This document shows, piece after piece, positions 1 through 11,933 of a stretch of 64,000 bases of DNA. The position numbers and the translations under genes are program-made. The stretch is from Octopus vulgaris (taxonomy: Eukaryota), in the NCBI GenBank assembly GCA_951406725.2, contig OX597822.1, forward strand, positions 81,716,001-81,780,000, read 5' to 3'. The notes under the pieces were generated by a model. It was not told where the DNA came from, searched no databases, and saw nothing but the letters and a program-made list of their open reading frames with translations. Each line of letters opens with the position of its first letter. Position 1 is the first letter of the stretch.

Positions 1-265
1 TCCCTTAGTTACAAGGTAACAAATTTTGTTGATGGAGCAGGCATATGATTAACAGCATTCCACCAGTTTTAGCTGTATTATGTTTGTGGTGCCACCAGAA
101 AAGATCTGCAGGAGTTGTGTGACCCTAAGTATTTATATTAACTTTGAGACTTTATAAGTCGTTCAGGAATAAGAGGGTGATGAATATTATTTTGGTGTCA
201 TAACATGAAGAAATTGAGAGGTAAATCCTCTGTTGAATACAACATTAGTTTAAGGTGCTACTTTG

Positions 266-534
266 AAAGCATCCAGTCCACACTGTAAAGTGGTTGGCAT
301 TTGGAAGGGCATCCAGCTGTAAAAACCTTGCCAAAACTGACCTCGCCTGTGCTTGTGCCAAGTTAAAAGCATGAAGTCCACTCTGCTGAGTGGTTGACAT
401 TAGGAAGGGCAACCAGCTGTAAAAATCCTGTCAAACAGTTACAGAAGTCTGGTGCTTGCTTCTGCCTGGCCGGCTCCATTCAAACCATCCCACCCATGCC
501 AACATGGAAGGCAGGCGTTAAATGACGATGATGA
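266..534 (+). mobile_element. RTE LINE 3'-end fragment with internal duplication
   Basis: gtggttggcatt-ggaagggcatccagctgtaaaaac present twice, then cccatgccaacatggaaggcaggcgttaaatgacgatgatga tail. Confidence 0.75.
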
Positions 535-959
535 ATATTCCTGGATGAGTATTGTACTTATTTCTATCAAATATGTGAATTGACTCAATGTTGGAAATAA
601 GGTATTCACCTCCAGAATCTAAAACAACATCTGCAACAGATTGCAACTCATTATCTGAACCGGTGGTCCAATATCTTTTTCCACCAGTCCAACCCATGTT
701 AACTGCTAAATATTTACTGTTGAGTGAGCTTGACCCTTGACTCTTGATTCAGCCTCACCTCACCTCACTATGAATACAAAAAAAAACAATTAAAAGCGGC
801 ATCACCGATCCATCACGCAACCCTCCAACTATTAGTCAACCACTTCCACCCCATCCATCATTCCATTCCTGTCTCTGTATTTGCAATTCTCCATTTCTGT
901 TCATAATGATGTTTGGTGTCAGTCCCAGTTTAAACATTTATTGTAATTAAACTTTGAGG

Positions 960-1320
960 GGATGTTGTTGTTTAACCCCAGGTCAAACACTGACTGGACA
1001 AACCTATCATCAAATATGTTCCAACTATAACCATCCCTCTTTTTTCAGACATGCATCCTCTAATATTAGTCAAGTGTGACTTGAGGGATATTTAGCTACT
1101 ATTTCTACATGTGTAGAGGCTTTGTGTTCCATTAGGTTGTTCTTGTCTGGTCAGACCTCATTAAGGAAACCTACCATCAAATGCTTTCCAGCTGCAACCA
1201 TCCTTTTTCCTGTTTGCAGAAAACCAAAATCTCATAATCCAAGCTCTCCTTTTCTTTGTTAATAAAGTGTGATTTGTGGGAATTTGGTTGCTATCACTTG
1301 TAGGTTGAGTGACCACCGTT
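960..1320 (+). repeat. Two tandem copies of an old dispersed repeat
   Basis: gttgtttaaccccaggtc...cctatcatcaaa...accatcc...gtgtgatttgaggga-atttggctgctatttct pattern; also seen near 8465-8630, 31270-31420, 40530-40720, 44760-44950 and, on the minus strand, 21600-21735 and 54000-54170. Confidence 0.6.
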
Positions 1321-1904
1321 CCAATATGTTAGCTAGAATGGTGATGATGATGATGATGGTGGTGGTGATTGTCATTGTTATCATCTTACACTATAGGATG
1401 GACCATGCACATTGAGGTTGTAGGGGGCCATTACGAAAGTGCTCCATAATATGTAATGTGTTAATAACACGAGAGGCATCTGAACAACGAAACCTGGCAC
1501 AAATAATTAATTGGCCTGCCTATTAAGACAGATGAGTGATCTGCTTATCAAGGCTGAAACCTATTTTAATTTAGTCCATATTCATTTGTTGTAATTCCTT
1601 GCCCTTTTTGTTGTTGTTGTTGTTGACATATTTGTTATTGTCAATGTTACTTCAGTTGTTTTCCATAGTTGCAGTTATTGTTGTATTAGTTGTGGTTGTT
1701 GTCTTGGTTGCTGTTATTGTCTCTATTGTTTTTGTCTTTGTTGTTGTTGTTGTCGCCATTGTTCTTCATTTGTTATTCATTTCCATTACTTGATGGGAAT
1801 GGCTCTAACCATGTGACATATAAGATTTCCATATCCCTTACCATTCTCATTGACAGCCCTCACTTGCAAAGCTTTGATAGTTTCATTTTAAAGAAAATAT
1901 GATA

Positions 1905-3143
1905 TCAGGCTGAGTAAAAAGTAAACAACATCTTGAAAAATGCAATTCATCACAATATATTTCAACAATGCAGAAATTTTATTCATCAAAGTACCATTAC
2001 AATCAACACATTTTTGCCAACGGGTTACAAGTTTGTTTATTCTGGTAACATAAAAATCTTGAGTTCTGGGGCTGATGAACTCTTTGAATGCACTTTCAGC
2101 ATCGGTTTGATTTTTGAACTCCTTCTCTCACTGGAAACCATCAAGGTGCTTGGAAAAGTGGTATTTGGTAGGAGAAAGGTCTGGGGAATAAGCTGGGTGG
2201 GGAAGAACTTTGTAGCCAAGTTCCCTCGACTTCTGGAGTGCCATTAGTGAAACATGTGGTCGAGCATAGTCATGAAGAATGATTAGCCCTCTTTTGTTGA
2301 CCAGTCTGGGACGAATAAGTAGCTGTTTTTCATTCATTTTGGCTATATGTTTCTGCAGTAATGGTTTTTCCAGATTTGAAAAAGTTAGAGTGGATGAGTC
2401 CAGCAGTACACCACAAAACAGTCACCATAACCATCTTGAAGAGCTCAGGTTTAGGGAAGATTTTTGGCGCTTCATTTTGGTCCAACCACCGTGAAGAACA
2501 TCTTTTATTATTGTACAGAACCACTTTTCATCACAAGTTACAATGCAATCGAGAAATGGACCAGTCTGGTTACGGAGAAGAAGCAATGAGCAAATTTCAT
2601 ATCTGAGCATTTTCTGATTTTCATTCAAATTGTGTGGTACCCATTTGTCAAGCTTTTTGATTTTCCGATCACATGCAAATACTTGCAGGCAGTTTCCTGG
2701 CTAACCTGAAGTTCTTTTGCCAGTTCACGAGTGGTTTTATGTGGATCTTTCTCAATGATGGTTTTTGATGACAGGATAGGTGTCCATTACACTCATCTTC
2801 AAGGCTCAGGTCCCAACTGTGAAATCGTTTAAACTATTTTCGAACTGTCTACTCGCTGATCATTTCCTCACCAAACATTTCGTTGATATCGCGAGCAGTT
2901 TACATCCTTTTTTGAAGTTGAACAGCAAAATTGCTCAAATATTGAGCTTTGACAGATCCATTACAGATGACTGTAATAACGGTGAAAAAAATATCAGTGT
3001 TAATTTATGGATGCCTTTGGACAAATCTATGTCTGTATTATCAGATAATTGCACAAAAATGTTTAAAAAAATTCAAAACTCTGCAAAAATCTGGTACAAA
3101 TTCTTCATGGTTCAATACGATGCTTACCTTTTACTCAACCTGA
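1905..3143 (-). mobile_element. Full-length decayed mariner (Tc1/mariner) DNA transposon
   Basis: ~33-bp imperfect TIRs (tcaggctgagtaaaaagtaaacaacatcttgaa at 1905; ttcaatacgatgcttaccttttactcaacctga ending 3143) flanked by TA on both sides; ~1.24 kb; minus-strand transposase motifs. Confidence 0.93.
2037..2900 (-). pseudogene. Frameshifted mariner transposase
   Basis: Motifs WVPHNL (~2625-2645), IVTCDEKW, LHDYARPH and HPAYSPDLSPTKYHF lie in different frames with stops and frameshifts. Ends approximate. Confidence 0.88.
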
Positions 3144-3983
3144 TAGATTTCTAAAGTTCCTGGAACATCGCAACAGAGTGGCATATGTGGTGTGTAGTAT
3201 CCAAAGATCTTCTGTTTAGCATTCACATATTTACATTGCATTTTTGCTAGCATTATGACATTGCTGTAAACTGAGTCTTAGGATTTGTTTGCATCATATT
3301 TCTTGTAGGTTTTTTTGTAACTGAAATTAGTCTGTTTGAGATTGTGTGTGCGAGATAAAAGAAATATATCTGTGTGTATGTGTGTGTGTAAATTCTTATC
3401 TTAGCTTTACTTCATCACCACACTATGACCTTCATGTAATGATTTAACCATAACACACACACACACACATACACAGAATCATACTCAGGCACACTACATC
3501 TTTCACACATATTCACATGCTCAAATCTGTTATCTGGAACCATTCTTTCCTCATAACCATTATCCTGCCAGCATCCAGATCTAATCTCCATTGAGCAGCC
3601 AATATTGCCATGGGGAAGAAGACAGCAAATCCTCTTTGCTCTAACATCAAGAGCTTAATACAAGAAACTAAAAATTTTGATTATTCTTTTAATACAGCCA
3701 GCTATTTCATGAACAATTTCTCATTTCTCTCTCTTTCACCGTATCTTTGACTGTCTGGCTATTTGTTCATTTGATCTTTTACTTTATACCTTTTACTTGT
3801 TTCTCTCATTCAACTGTGGCCATGCTGGGGCATTTCCTTGAAGGGTTTAAGTGCAGTGGTTCTGAATCATTTTTTGTCTATGGACCCTTTTTAAATCCTA
3901 TTTTATTCTATTGGGCTTCCATAACCATTTGATGCATAAAATAATTAACATATTTTGCATATTGTAGAAGTATAAACCATTTA

Positions 3984-4337
3984 CATTATTTACATTTGAC
4001 GGATATTTGTCCTCATCTTGTTTGTTGTTAAATACGTTTCAGCTGTTATACCCTCCAGCCTTCATCAGGTGTTTTGGGGAAATTTTGAACCTGGGTTCTC
4101 ATTCCTAAGGTATTTTTCGATGTTGTTGTTGTTGTTATTATTATTCAGGTCACTGTCTTGAATTAAACTTGGAATCTTGGGGTTAGTAGCCCATGCTCTT
4201 AACCACTATGCTATATGCCTGATGAGGGCTGAAGGGTATATCAGCCAAAATGTTTTGTTAGCAACAAACAAGATGAAGACAAATATCTGTCAAATGTAAA
4301 TAACGTTCATAATTCCTCATCTCTTAAATATAGAACT
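3984..4337. mobile_element. tRNA-head/hammerhead non-autonomous element, copy 1 (minus copy plus inverted partial plus-strand tail)
   Basis: Minus copy 3984-4219 (tRNA-like head, (AAY)n spacer, hammerhead, tail), then plus-strand hammerhead and tail 4219-4337; flanked by gtataaaccattta (3970-3983) and gtataaagcattta (4338-4351), a 13/14 TSD. Confidence 0.8.
4030..4074 (-). ncRNA. Minimal type-I hammerhead ribozyme motif
   Basis: Minus strand reads aacac-CTGATGA-aggctg-gagggtataa-cagct-GAAA-c-GTA: core boxes, stem II and palindromic ACGT stem III. Stem I is degraded in this copy. Confidence 0.62.
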
Positions 4338-6457
4338 GTATAAAGCATTTATTGCACATAAATTTTAGCAACAAAACCTTATGTGAACCCCAGTTTAGAA
4401 CCACTTATTTTTTAAGCCTGGTACATATTATATTGATATCTTTTGCCACACTGCTAAGTACTGATTAATTATGTACATCCATTCGTCTTCTGTCCACCCA
4501 CCCCATCTTTCTGTTTCTCTGTGTGTATATGCACATGTATTTGTATATGTTTATGCCTATAGTTCCCTGTGCTTGTGTGTAGCCCTTCCCCCCACACACA
4601 TATTTGTTTGTTCATTTCATGTCTTTTTAATGCTATTATGGGTTGGACAAATACTTAATTATTGAGGCCCGTTTATTATAATTGGATTCCCTTCCTGTCA
4701 TGAATCCTTGTCTGCTTTTCAAGCAACGGATATTTTGTTTTCTTTTTTACTCCACTTCTGCTTGATAGCACAGGAGTACAATGTGATTCGTTAACAGAAA
4801 ATGTCATCATGTTGTTACCATTTCACTGGCAGTTTCATTACAAGATTCAGAATGTAAACGCACGCAAATATCATCATCATCATTGTCATCATCATCACCA
4901 AGCATCCATATTTCAGTTAAACCACATTACCCATGCTAGCATAGGTAGCGCAGTTTAACTAGAGCTGATAAGGCAGCGAGCTGCATCAGGTTCCTTAGTC
5001 TGTTTTGGTTTGGTTTCTATGACTGGATGCCCTTTCTAATGCCAACCACTCCACAGTGTACCAGGTGCCTTTTCACGTGTCACCAGCACAGGTTCCTTTT
5101 ATGTGTTACCATCATGAGTGCCTTTCATGTGTCACTGACACAGACACCTTTTATGTGTCGTCGGAACAATGCATTTCACGTGTCAGCAGCACTGGCCACG
5201 ATTACAATTTCACTTAGCTTCAGGTGTCTTCTCAGGCACAGCAAATCACCAAAACTCATTCATAAAAATAAACATGTCCATATAGATGGCAGGCTACCAT
5301 GGCAATTTCTATTCTTCCTCAAATTACTGCAACCATCTAAGCCAAGCTAAGCTGAACAAATTTATATACATGCACTCTTCTGTTTTGCTATGGCTGTGTC
5401 TGTAATGTAACACCAGATAAGTTAGAGTATAGTTTTTCATTATAGATATGAAAAAATAGGGGAATAAATTGAATGAAAGGACAGGAAGAGAGAAGTTATG
5501 GCAGAGAAGAGGAACCGAAAACAATACTCAGAGAGTCTGAGAGAAAGACAGAGGCGTAAATTAGATAATATAGTTTAACCTTTCACATTTTAGCGTTGTA
5601 TCTGTTGTGTGTAATCATTTTAATGTAGATCTCATAGGATATGGTGATTACTGCGTCTTTGGGGAGATGGTTTTATGTTCACATATGTGCAGGTATATTG
5701 GTGTACGTGTGTGTATATAATGGGTGTGTGTGTATGGACATATATGTCTGAGCATGTGAATATATGTAAGTATATATGTGTGTGTGTGTATATATATATA
5801 TAATATAGACATCCGTTTTTGTATGTGTGTCTGCGTATATATATAATATAGATATGTATTTTTGTGTGTGTGTGTGTGTATATAAATATATAATATAGAT
5901 ATGCGTTTTTGTGTGTGTTTATGTGTATGCATATATAAAAGCATGTGTGCTCGTGTGAGTGCACACAGAAATAGCTGTAGTTGTCGGGATGTCTGCATTA
6001 TTCTGTTACTGTGTTTATGATAATATTAGTATGTGTGTATGTATCTATATATAGACATGTATTCATGTGTGTGAGCAGGTATGTATGTATATTTGTACAA
6101 TGCACACACACATTCACAGTCAAATACGCACAGTTTCTTTCTGACTCAAATATGTAAGTACATGACGTAGTGTTTGAAAAGCCTTACTTTATCACTTTCA
6201 CCTTTTGAAAAATAAATGTTTAAGTCATCTTTGCATACTGAGTTGTTATTCAGATAATGTTTTATTTGTGCAAACAAAACTACATTTGCCATCTGTGTGC
6301 ATATGTGCGTGCATGCATTTCTGTATATGTGTATGTATGATTTTTGTTCTATTTGAGGTTTCACTTTGTTGCTATTCTTAGTTTCTGATTCACTTTCTTC
6401 ACAGTTGCCGGTGCCATGTAAAATGCACTGGTGTTGGTACCACATTAAAAGTGCTGG

Positions 6458-6725
6458 TCATCATCATCATCATCATCGTTTAATGTCCATTTTCCATGCT
6501 AGCATGGGTTGGATGGTTTGACTGAGATCTGGAAAGCCAGCGGCTGCACCAGGCTCCATTCTGATCTGGCAAAGTTTCTACAGCTGGATGCCCTTCCTAA
6601 CGCTAACCACTCCAAGAGTGTAGTGGGTGCTTTTTACATGCCACTGGCACAGGAGCCAGTCAGGTGGGCCTGGCAACGAACATGTTCAGATGGTGCTTTT
6701 TATGTGCCACCAGCACAGGACCAGT
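6458..6725 (-). mobile_element. RTE 3' end nested antisense inside another RTE 3' end (6405-6457 plus 6726-6937, +)
   Basis: (CAT)n tail at 6458 followed by the reverse complement of the RTE 3'UTR; the flanks rejoin into a plus-strand copy. Confidence 0.7.
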
Positions 6726-7569
6726 CAGTACCAAGTAAAAAGTGCTGGTATCATGTAAGAAGCATCTGGTACATTCTGTAAAGTGGTTGGCATTAGGAAG
6801 GGCATCCAGTTGTAGAAACAAGGCCTAAGCAGACTATAGATTCTGGTGCAGCTCTTGACCTTGTCAGCTCCTGTCAAGCCACCCAACCCATGCCAGCATA
6901 GAAAACGGACATTAAATGTTGTTGATACTGATGATGATTTAAATTTAATGCACACATATGTATGTACATGTATTTATATATGTGTTACTATGTGGGGGCT
7001 GTGAAGGCATGTGGACCCATTGCCTGCCATGAACCCCATTTGGGGATCTGCTAAAAACAGTCTCACTGTCGGTTGTTCGTTGTATCCAAAGTGAATTACT
7101 TATGCACATTGCATTTGCAGAGGTGTGTTTAACAATATTTAGTAGTTGAAGTTTGTCATTATTAGCTCTGGCTAATTCTAGAGGACATTTTAAGCCATAA
7201 ATTGCTATTTTTTGAACTACAAAATATTGACTGTTTTGAAAACATTTTTTTTCTTTTTGCATTTCCCATTTATATCATTCATTGATATTTCATACACATT
7301 CACATTTGATATTATAGTTTCAAAAAAACTAAAATATTTTTTATTGCAATTGAACAGAAAAGGATAAATATGCTTTTCTTCAGCAATCCCCATTTGGGAC
7401 TTTTCAAAAAATCTATCATAATTTCCAAAATAATTTACACATGAAAAAAATTTAAATACTATTTATTATTTTAACTCGTAAGACATCTGGCAAAGCCAAA
7501 AAATATGAATAAAGAAATTTGAATAAATATGAATAAAAATAATATGAATAAAAAAGTTAATGGGTAAAT

Positions 7570-7810
7570 AGTTTGGGTATGTAGCTCACAATTGTAAGAC
7601 CATCAGTTCAATTCCTCGCAGCACATTTTGTGTTCTTGAGCAAGACACTTTATTTCACGTTGCTCCAGCTGGCAAATATGGGTTGCACCTGTAATTCAAA
7701 GGGCCAAGCTTGTCACATTCTGTGTCATGCTGAATCTCCCTGAGAATTATGTTAAGAGTGTGTCTGTGGAATACTCAGCCACTTGCATGCTAGTTTCACA
7801 AGCAGGCTGT
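7570..7810 (+). mobile_element. Degenerate tRNA-related SINE (family D)
   Basis: B-box-like cagttcaattcc followed by tgtgttcttgagcaagacactttatttcacgttgctccag; related copies near 26070-26200(-), 40905-41068(-), 56558-56700(+) and 59395-59560(-). Confidence 0.6.
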
Positions 7811-7933
7811 TCCTTTGATTGTAACCTTATTATTGTAACCAACAGGGAGCCAGGCCACAATGTGGAGGTGAGGTGGGGCATTCACACAAACAATTTCAGT
7901 TTTTCTTTTTCTTTTCCATATATAAAATTAACA

Positions 7934-8306
7934 ATTGCAGCATGGAAGGTGTTTATAAGCCATTTAAAAACACAAAAACCATTAGATTCACTTCAACATC
8001 TAAATTTAATTTGTCAAAATATTTTTGTCACTTTGAAACCGCGACCTGTTCACTGATAAAATTCCATGCTGCATCTGAGAAAGTAACTGCTAGTTCATGA
8101 TATATATGTATGATGCAGCACAAAATTTTTCAGTGAACAGGTTGCAGTTTCAAAGTGATGAAAATATTTTGACAAACTAAATTTAAATGATGAAGTGAAT
8201 CTAATGGATTTTGTGTGTTTTTAAATAAACACCTTCCACACTGCACTTGTTTTTGTTTCAGCACATGATCTCAGATCATCACATGCTATGCAAGTACATC
8301 TCCATA
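7934..8306. mobile_element. Fold-back element with 14-bp TSD
   Basis: ~140-bp inverted arms 7930-8074 and 8112-8251 plus a ~55-bp unique tail; direct repeat atataaaattaaca at 7920-7933 and 8307-8320. Confidence 0.7.
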
Positions 8307-9714
8307 ATATAAAATTAACATTTTCTTAAAAATAAATTCATATTTATATTTTTGTATATGTCTACATTCATACCATTAAAACCTCATTATACATATTAGT
8401 TAACATCTGAAAGCCATTACTTCTCATGGCATCAGCCATAGATGGAAAGGCATTCTTGATGATGGTATTGTTATTATTTAACCCCTGGTCTATCTTTATT
8501 GAGAATACTTATAACTAAAGCAGTCAAACCATCTTATTTTCAGAAAGTGTACATTAATCAGTTTGTTTCTTTTAAGATGTGTAGTTTGAGAGAGTTTTGG
8601 CTGGTATTGAGGCTTTCCTCTTTGGCTTTTACTGGTCAATTATAGGCTATACTCTCTTCTCCAAATTCAGGATTTCAGCAATCATAATTTCTAGGTACTT
8701 TGGTTCAACTGAAAATTGTAAATATACTTGGCTTCATCACTTTCAGTGACTTGGGTGTACACAATCCTTCCTTACTCAAGAATTTGCACTCTTCCTACAC
8801 AATTACGACCAATTACAGAGAATGTTAGCCATAATATTTACTAACCCCAACCCTACTCTATTGCAATTTTCAAAAAGTATATCAAATAACAGCAAAGTAT
8901 GTTGTTTATTATAATAAGTGGCTCTTTTAGTTGTGTGTGTGTGTAACGATGATTCGTTTAATAGACTTACCAGAGAAACCAGCCGTCTTTTGTATTTAGT
9001 GACTTCTATGGTACTTGATGATATTGTAATAGCAGATTAAACCTGAAGTAGACCTGGAGTAGAGACAGTATATCATTGATGAGGTTACAAATGGCAACAA
9101 AAGGATTTTGACAAACCTAATTAACCAAATAATTAATCTAACAATCAATTTGTTAATTGGTTAAATAGTTAACTAATTGACAAGCAAATAATAGAACCAG
9201 TGTGTGTATGTGTGTGTTTATTATTGGCATAATGACACTCCCACAATACAACAAAATCTGTTTCAACTCACAAGTTCACATCAAGAATCTTGCAAACCAA
9301 ATACAAAAATGGAAAATTACCAGATGCCTAACTTTGGTATCAGTGGCACTACACAAAATGCCAACCATTTAATGGTCAATGCATTTGCCATTCTGAACTG
9401 GTTGAACTGCTTTGCATCCATACCTACCTAAATCACCGGCTCTTGTAAGATGAATCTCAGGTAACTCATCTAGTCAGGCTACATATCTTATTCGAATAGC
9501 ATAAAAATTTTCCCAACTTTGAGTTTTGTTCTATATTGTCATTGCCAATATAGAAGACAGAATGGGAGTAACTGCAGTGTAGCTGGAAAGCGAGATAAAA
9601 ATAGTCTCATCTTACTTTCAGAAAGAGTACATTAATCAGTTTGTTTCTTTTAAGATGTGGTGTAGTTTGAGGGAGTTTTGGCTGGTATTTCTAGCAAGGC
9701 CAAGTGTCACCTCA

Positions 9715-10075
9715 CTGACTCCCATGCCAGTAGCATGTAAAAAGCATCGTTCGAATGTGGTTGATGCCAGTGCTGCCTGACTGGCTCCAATGCCGGTGGC
9801 ATGTAAAACATGCCACTTGAGTTTGGTCGATGCCAGTGCCGGCTGACTGGCTCCCATGCCGGTGGCATGTAAAAGGCACCATTCAAACGTGGTCGATGCC
9901 AGTACTGCCTGACTGGCTCCCATGCTGGTGACATGTAAAAAGCACCCATTACACTCTCGGAGTGGTTGACATTAGGAAGGGTATGCAGCTGTAGAAACCT
10001 TGCCAGTCCACTGTCAAACCATCCAACCCATGCCAGCATGGAAAGCAGACGTTAAACGATGATGATGATGATGAT
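9715..10075 (+). mobile_element. RTE LINE 3'UTR fragment with about four tandem ~62-bp units
   Basis: Repeated tgactggctcccatgccggtggcatgtaaaa-gcacc units, then the conserved 3' end ending gttaaac(gat)n. Confidence 0.8.
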
Positions 10076-10232
10076 TGTGATGATTCTTTCTTCATAACCT
10101 CTATTTCCTTTCTCAATTAGAAAGACTTTAGGAAATCCTTACAAACATTTTTAAAAAATTATAATTTTGTCAATACCTTTGAGACAGGTACTCAAATTGT
10201 GAACTTTTACAATGTGACCCGTAACATCAGGC

Positions 10233-10450
10233 ACAAGGAGTGTTGAAAAGTTCCTGGCTTTGGGTAAAAGAAAATACAGGAGGATCAGTTAATTTTGATT
10301 TTATTTAACATATTCCTCTCTCAATTTCACACGCGCATTGCAGTGGTCCTTCAGTTTTTCTAAACTCTGTAAAAGAACTCAGAAGGTTGGGCCTCTAACC
10401 AGGCCTTTCATGATATCCTTAAAGCCAGGAACTTCCCAGTGCCCACTTTT
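10233..10450. mobile_element. Mariner-type MITE
   Basis: TIRs gtgttgaaaagttcctggcttt / aaagccaggaacttcccagtgc; second copy at 31755-31957 and a TIR remnant at 37398-37428. Confidence 0.75.
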
Positions 10451-11263
10451 ATATGCATCAGTGTGTGTGTGTATGTCTGCATGTACAATAGCATATGTGT
10501 GTGTATTATGAGTGTGTTTGTGTTTGCAGAGATAAATGTATGTATGATACACAACCGAAGCATAATGTCCACTGTATAAACCTATGGCTGTCTAAACTTA
10601 AGGCATATCAAAGAAAAAACGACTAATAGAAACACCTTATAAAACTATTAACCAGAAAGTGGTAGAGATCTGATGTATCTATATTAACAGCTTTTCTGGC
10701 AACATTTTTATCTCTTGCCTTTCTGTTCTATGTTAATTCACCCCACCCCCCACCTCATATGATAACAAATATAGAGCTTCCCCAAATTAATTTAGTACAA
10801 TCCTTTCTATTTCCAGGATGGTGAATTCTGTCAACACCACATCAATGTTATGCATAATACATGTCTCTCACAATTTAACTACAGATGATGATTATGCAAT
10901 TTGAATTATGAAACTAAAATACTTATGTAATGTTAATGAAATATGTGTAAGATGATATAACTAAGCATAAATAATCTCTCATTTAGTTGTGTTTTCTACA
11001 TATATTCTATTTTAATGCTCAAACCTAGTTTTCATGACAAAAGATAAAATTACAACAGACAAACAGGAATATACATGGCATGGTAAATATTGATTATTTG
11101 TTACACAATTTAAATTTTAGATTTTAGTGGATGAATATATAAATATATCCAACCCATGCCAGCATGGAAACAGATGTTAAAAGATGATTATGATATATGC
11201 ATATAAATTATTAATATAGATGTATATGTATGTGCGTATATATATATATGCATATATATATAT

Positions 11264-11566
11264 TGTCGTTTGACGTCCACTTTCCATGCTGGCATGGGTT
11301 GGACGGTTTGACTGAGGACTGGTGAGCCAGAGGCTGCACCAGGCTCCAATCTGATCTGGCAAAGTTTCTACAGCTGGATGTTCTTCCTAATGCCAACCAC
11401 ACCAAGAGTGTAGTGGGTGCTTTTACGTGCCACCAGCACAAGGAGCATTGAGGCGGGGCTGGCAATGACCATGCTCAAAAGATGTTTTTTATGTGCTACC
11501 TGCATGGGAGCCAGTTCAATGGCACTGGTAATGACCATGCTTGAATGTTGTTTTTCACGTGCCACA
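11264..11566 (-). mobile_element. RTE 3' end
   Basis: Reverse complement of the RTE 3'UTR, tail-to-tail with a plus-strand tail fragment at 11147-11185. Confidence 0.78.
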
Positions 11567-11571
11567 TATAT

Positions 11572-11933
11572 AGGTGCAGGAGTGGCTGTGTGGTAAGTAG
11601 CTTGCTTCCCAACCACATGGTTCCAGGTTCAGTCCCACTGTGTGGTACCTTGGGCAAGTGTCTTCTACAATAGCCTCGGGCCAACCAAAGCCTTGTGAGT
11701 GGATTTGGTAGACGGAAACTGAAAGAAGCCCATCATATATATATATATATATGTGTGTGTGCGTGATTGTTTGTCTCCCCACCATCGCTTGACAACCGAT
11801 GTTGGTGTGTTCACGTCACCGTAACTTAGCAGTTTGGCAAGAGAGACCAATAGAATAAGTACTAGGCTTACAAAGAATAAGTCCTGGTGCTCTAGCATGA
11901 CCACTATCAAATAACTGAAACAAATAAAAGAAT
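11572..11933 (+). mobile_element. tRNA-derived SINE with CORE-like domain (family B), near full length
   Basis: A box gtggctgtgtggt, B box ggttcagtccc, CORE-like gtggtaccttgggcaagtgtctt, internal (TA/TG)n, 3' aactgaaacaaataaaagaa. Other copies at 23409-23700, 23828-24228, 26808-26970, 36452-36840(-), 49795-50320(-), 53165-53330, 54296-54655(-) and 54922-55090. Confidence 0.82.

Noticed and set aside
1599-1902. Hydrophobic membrane-protein-like ORFs (also 32318-33059)
   Set aside because: Derived from (GTT)n and CT-rich low-complexity sequence.
10803-10900. Plus-strand exon after ctttctatttccAG
   Set aside because: Good acceptor but frames close quickly and no convincing donor or recognisable peptide follows.
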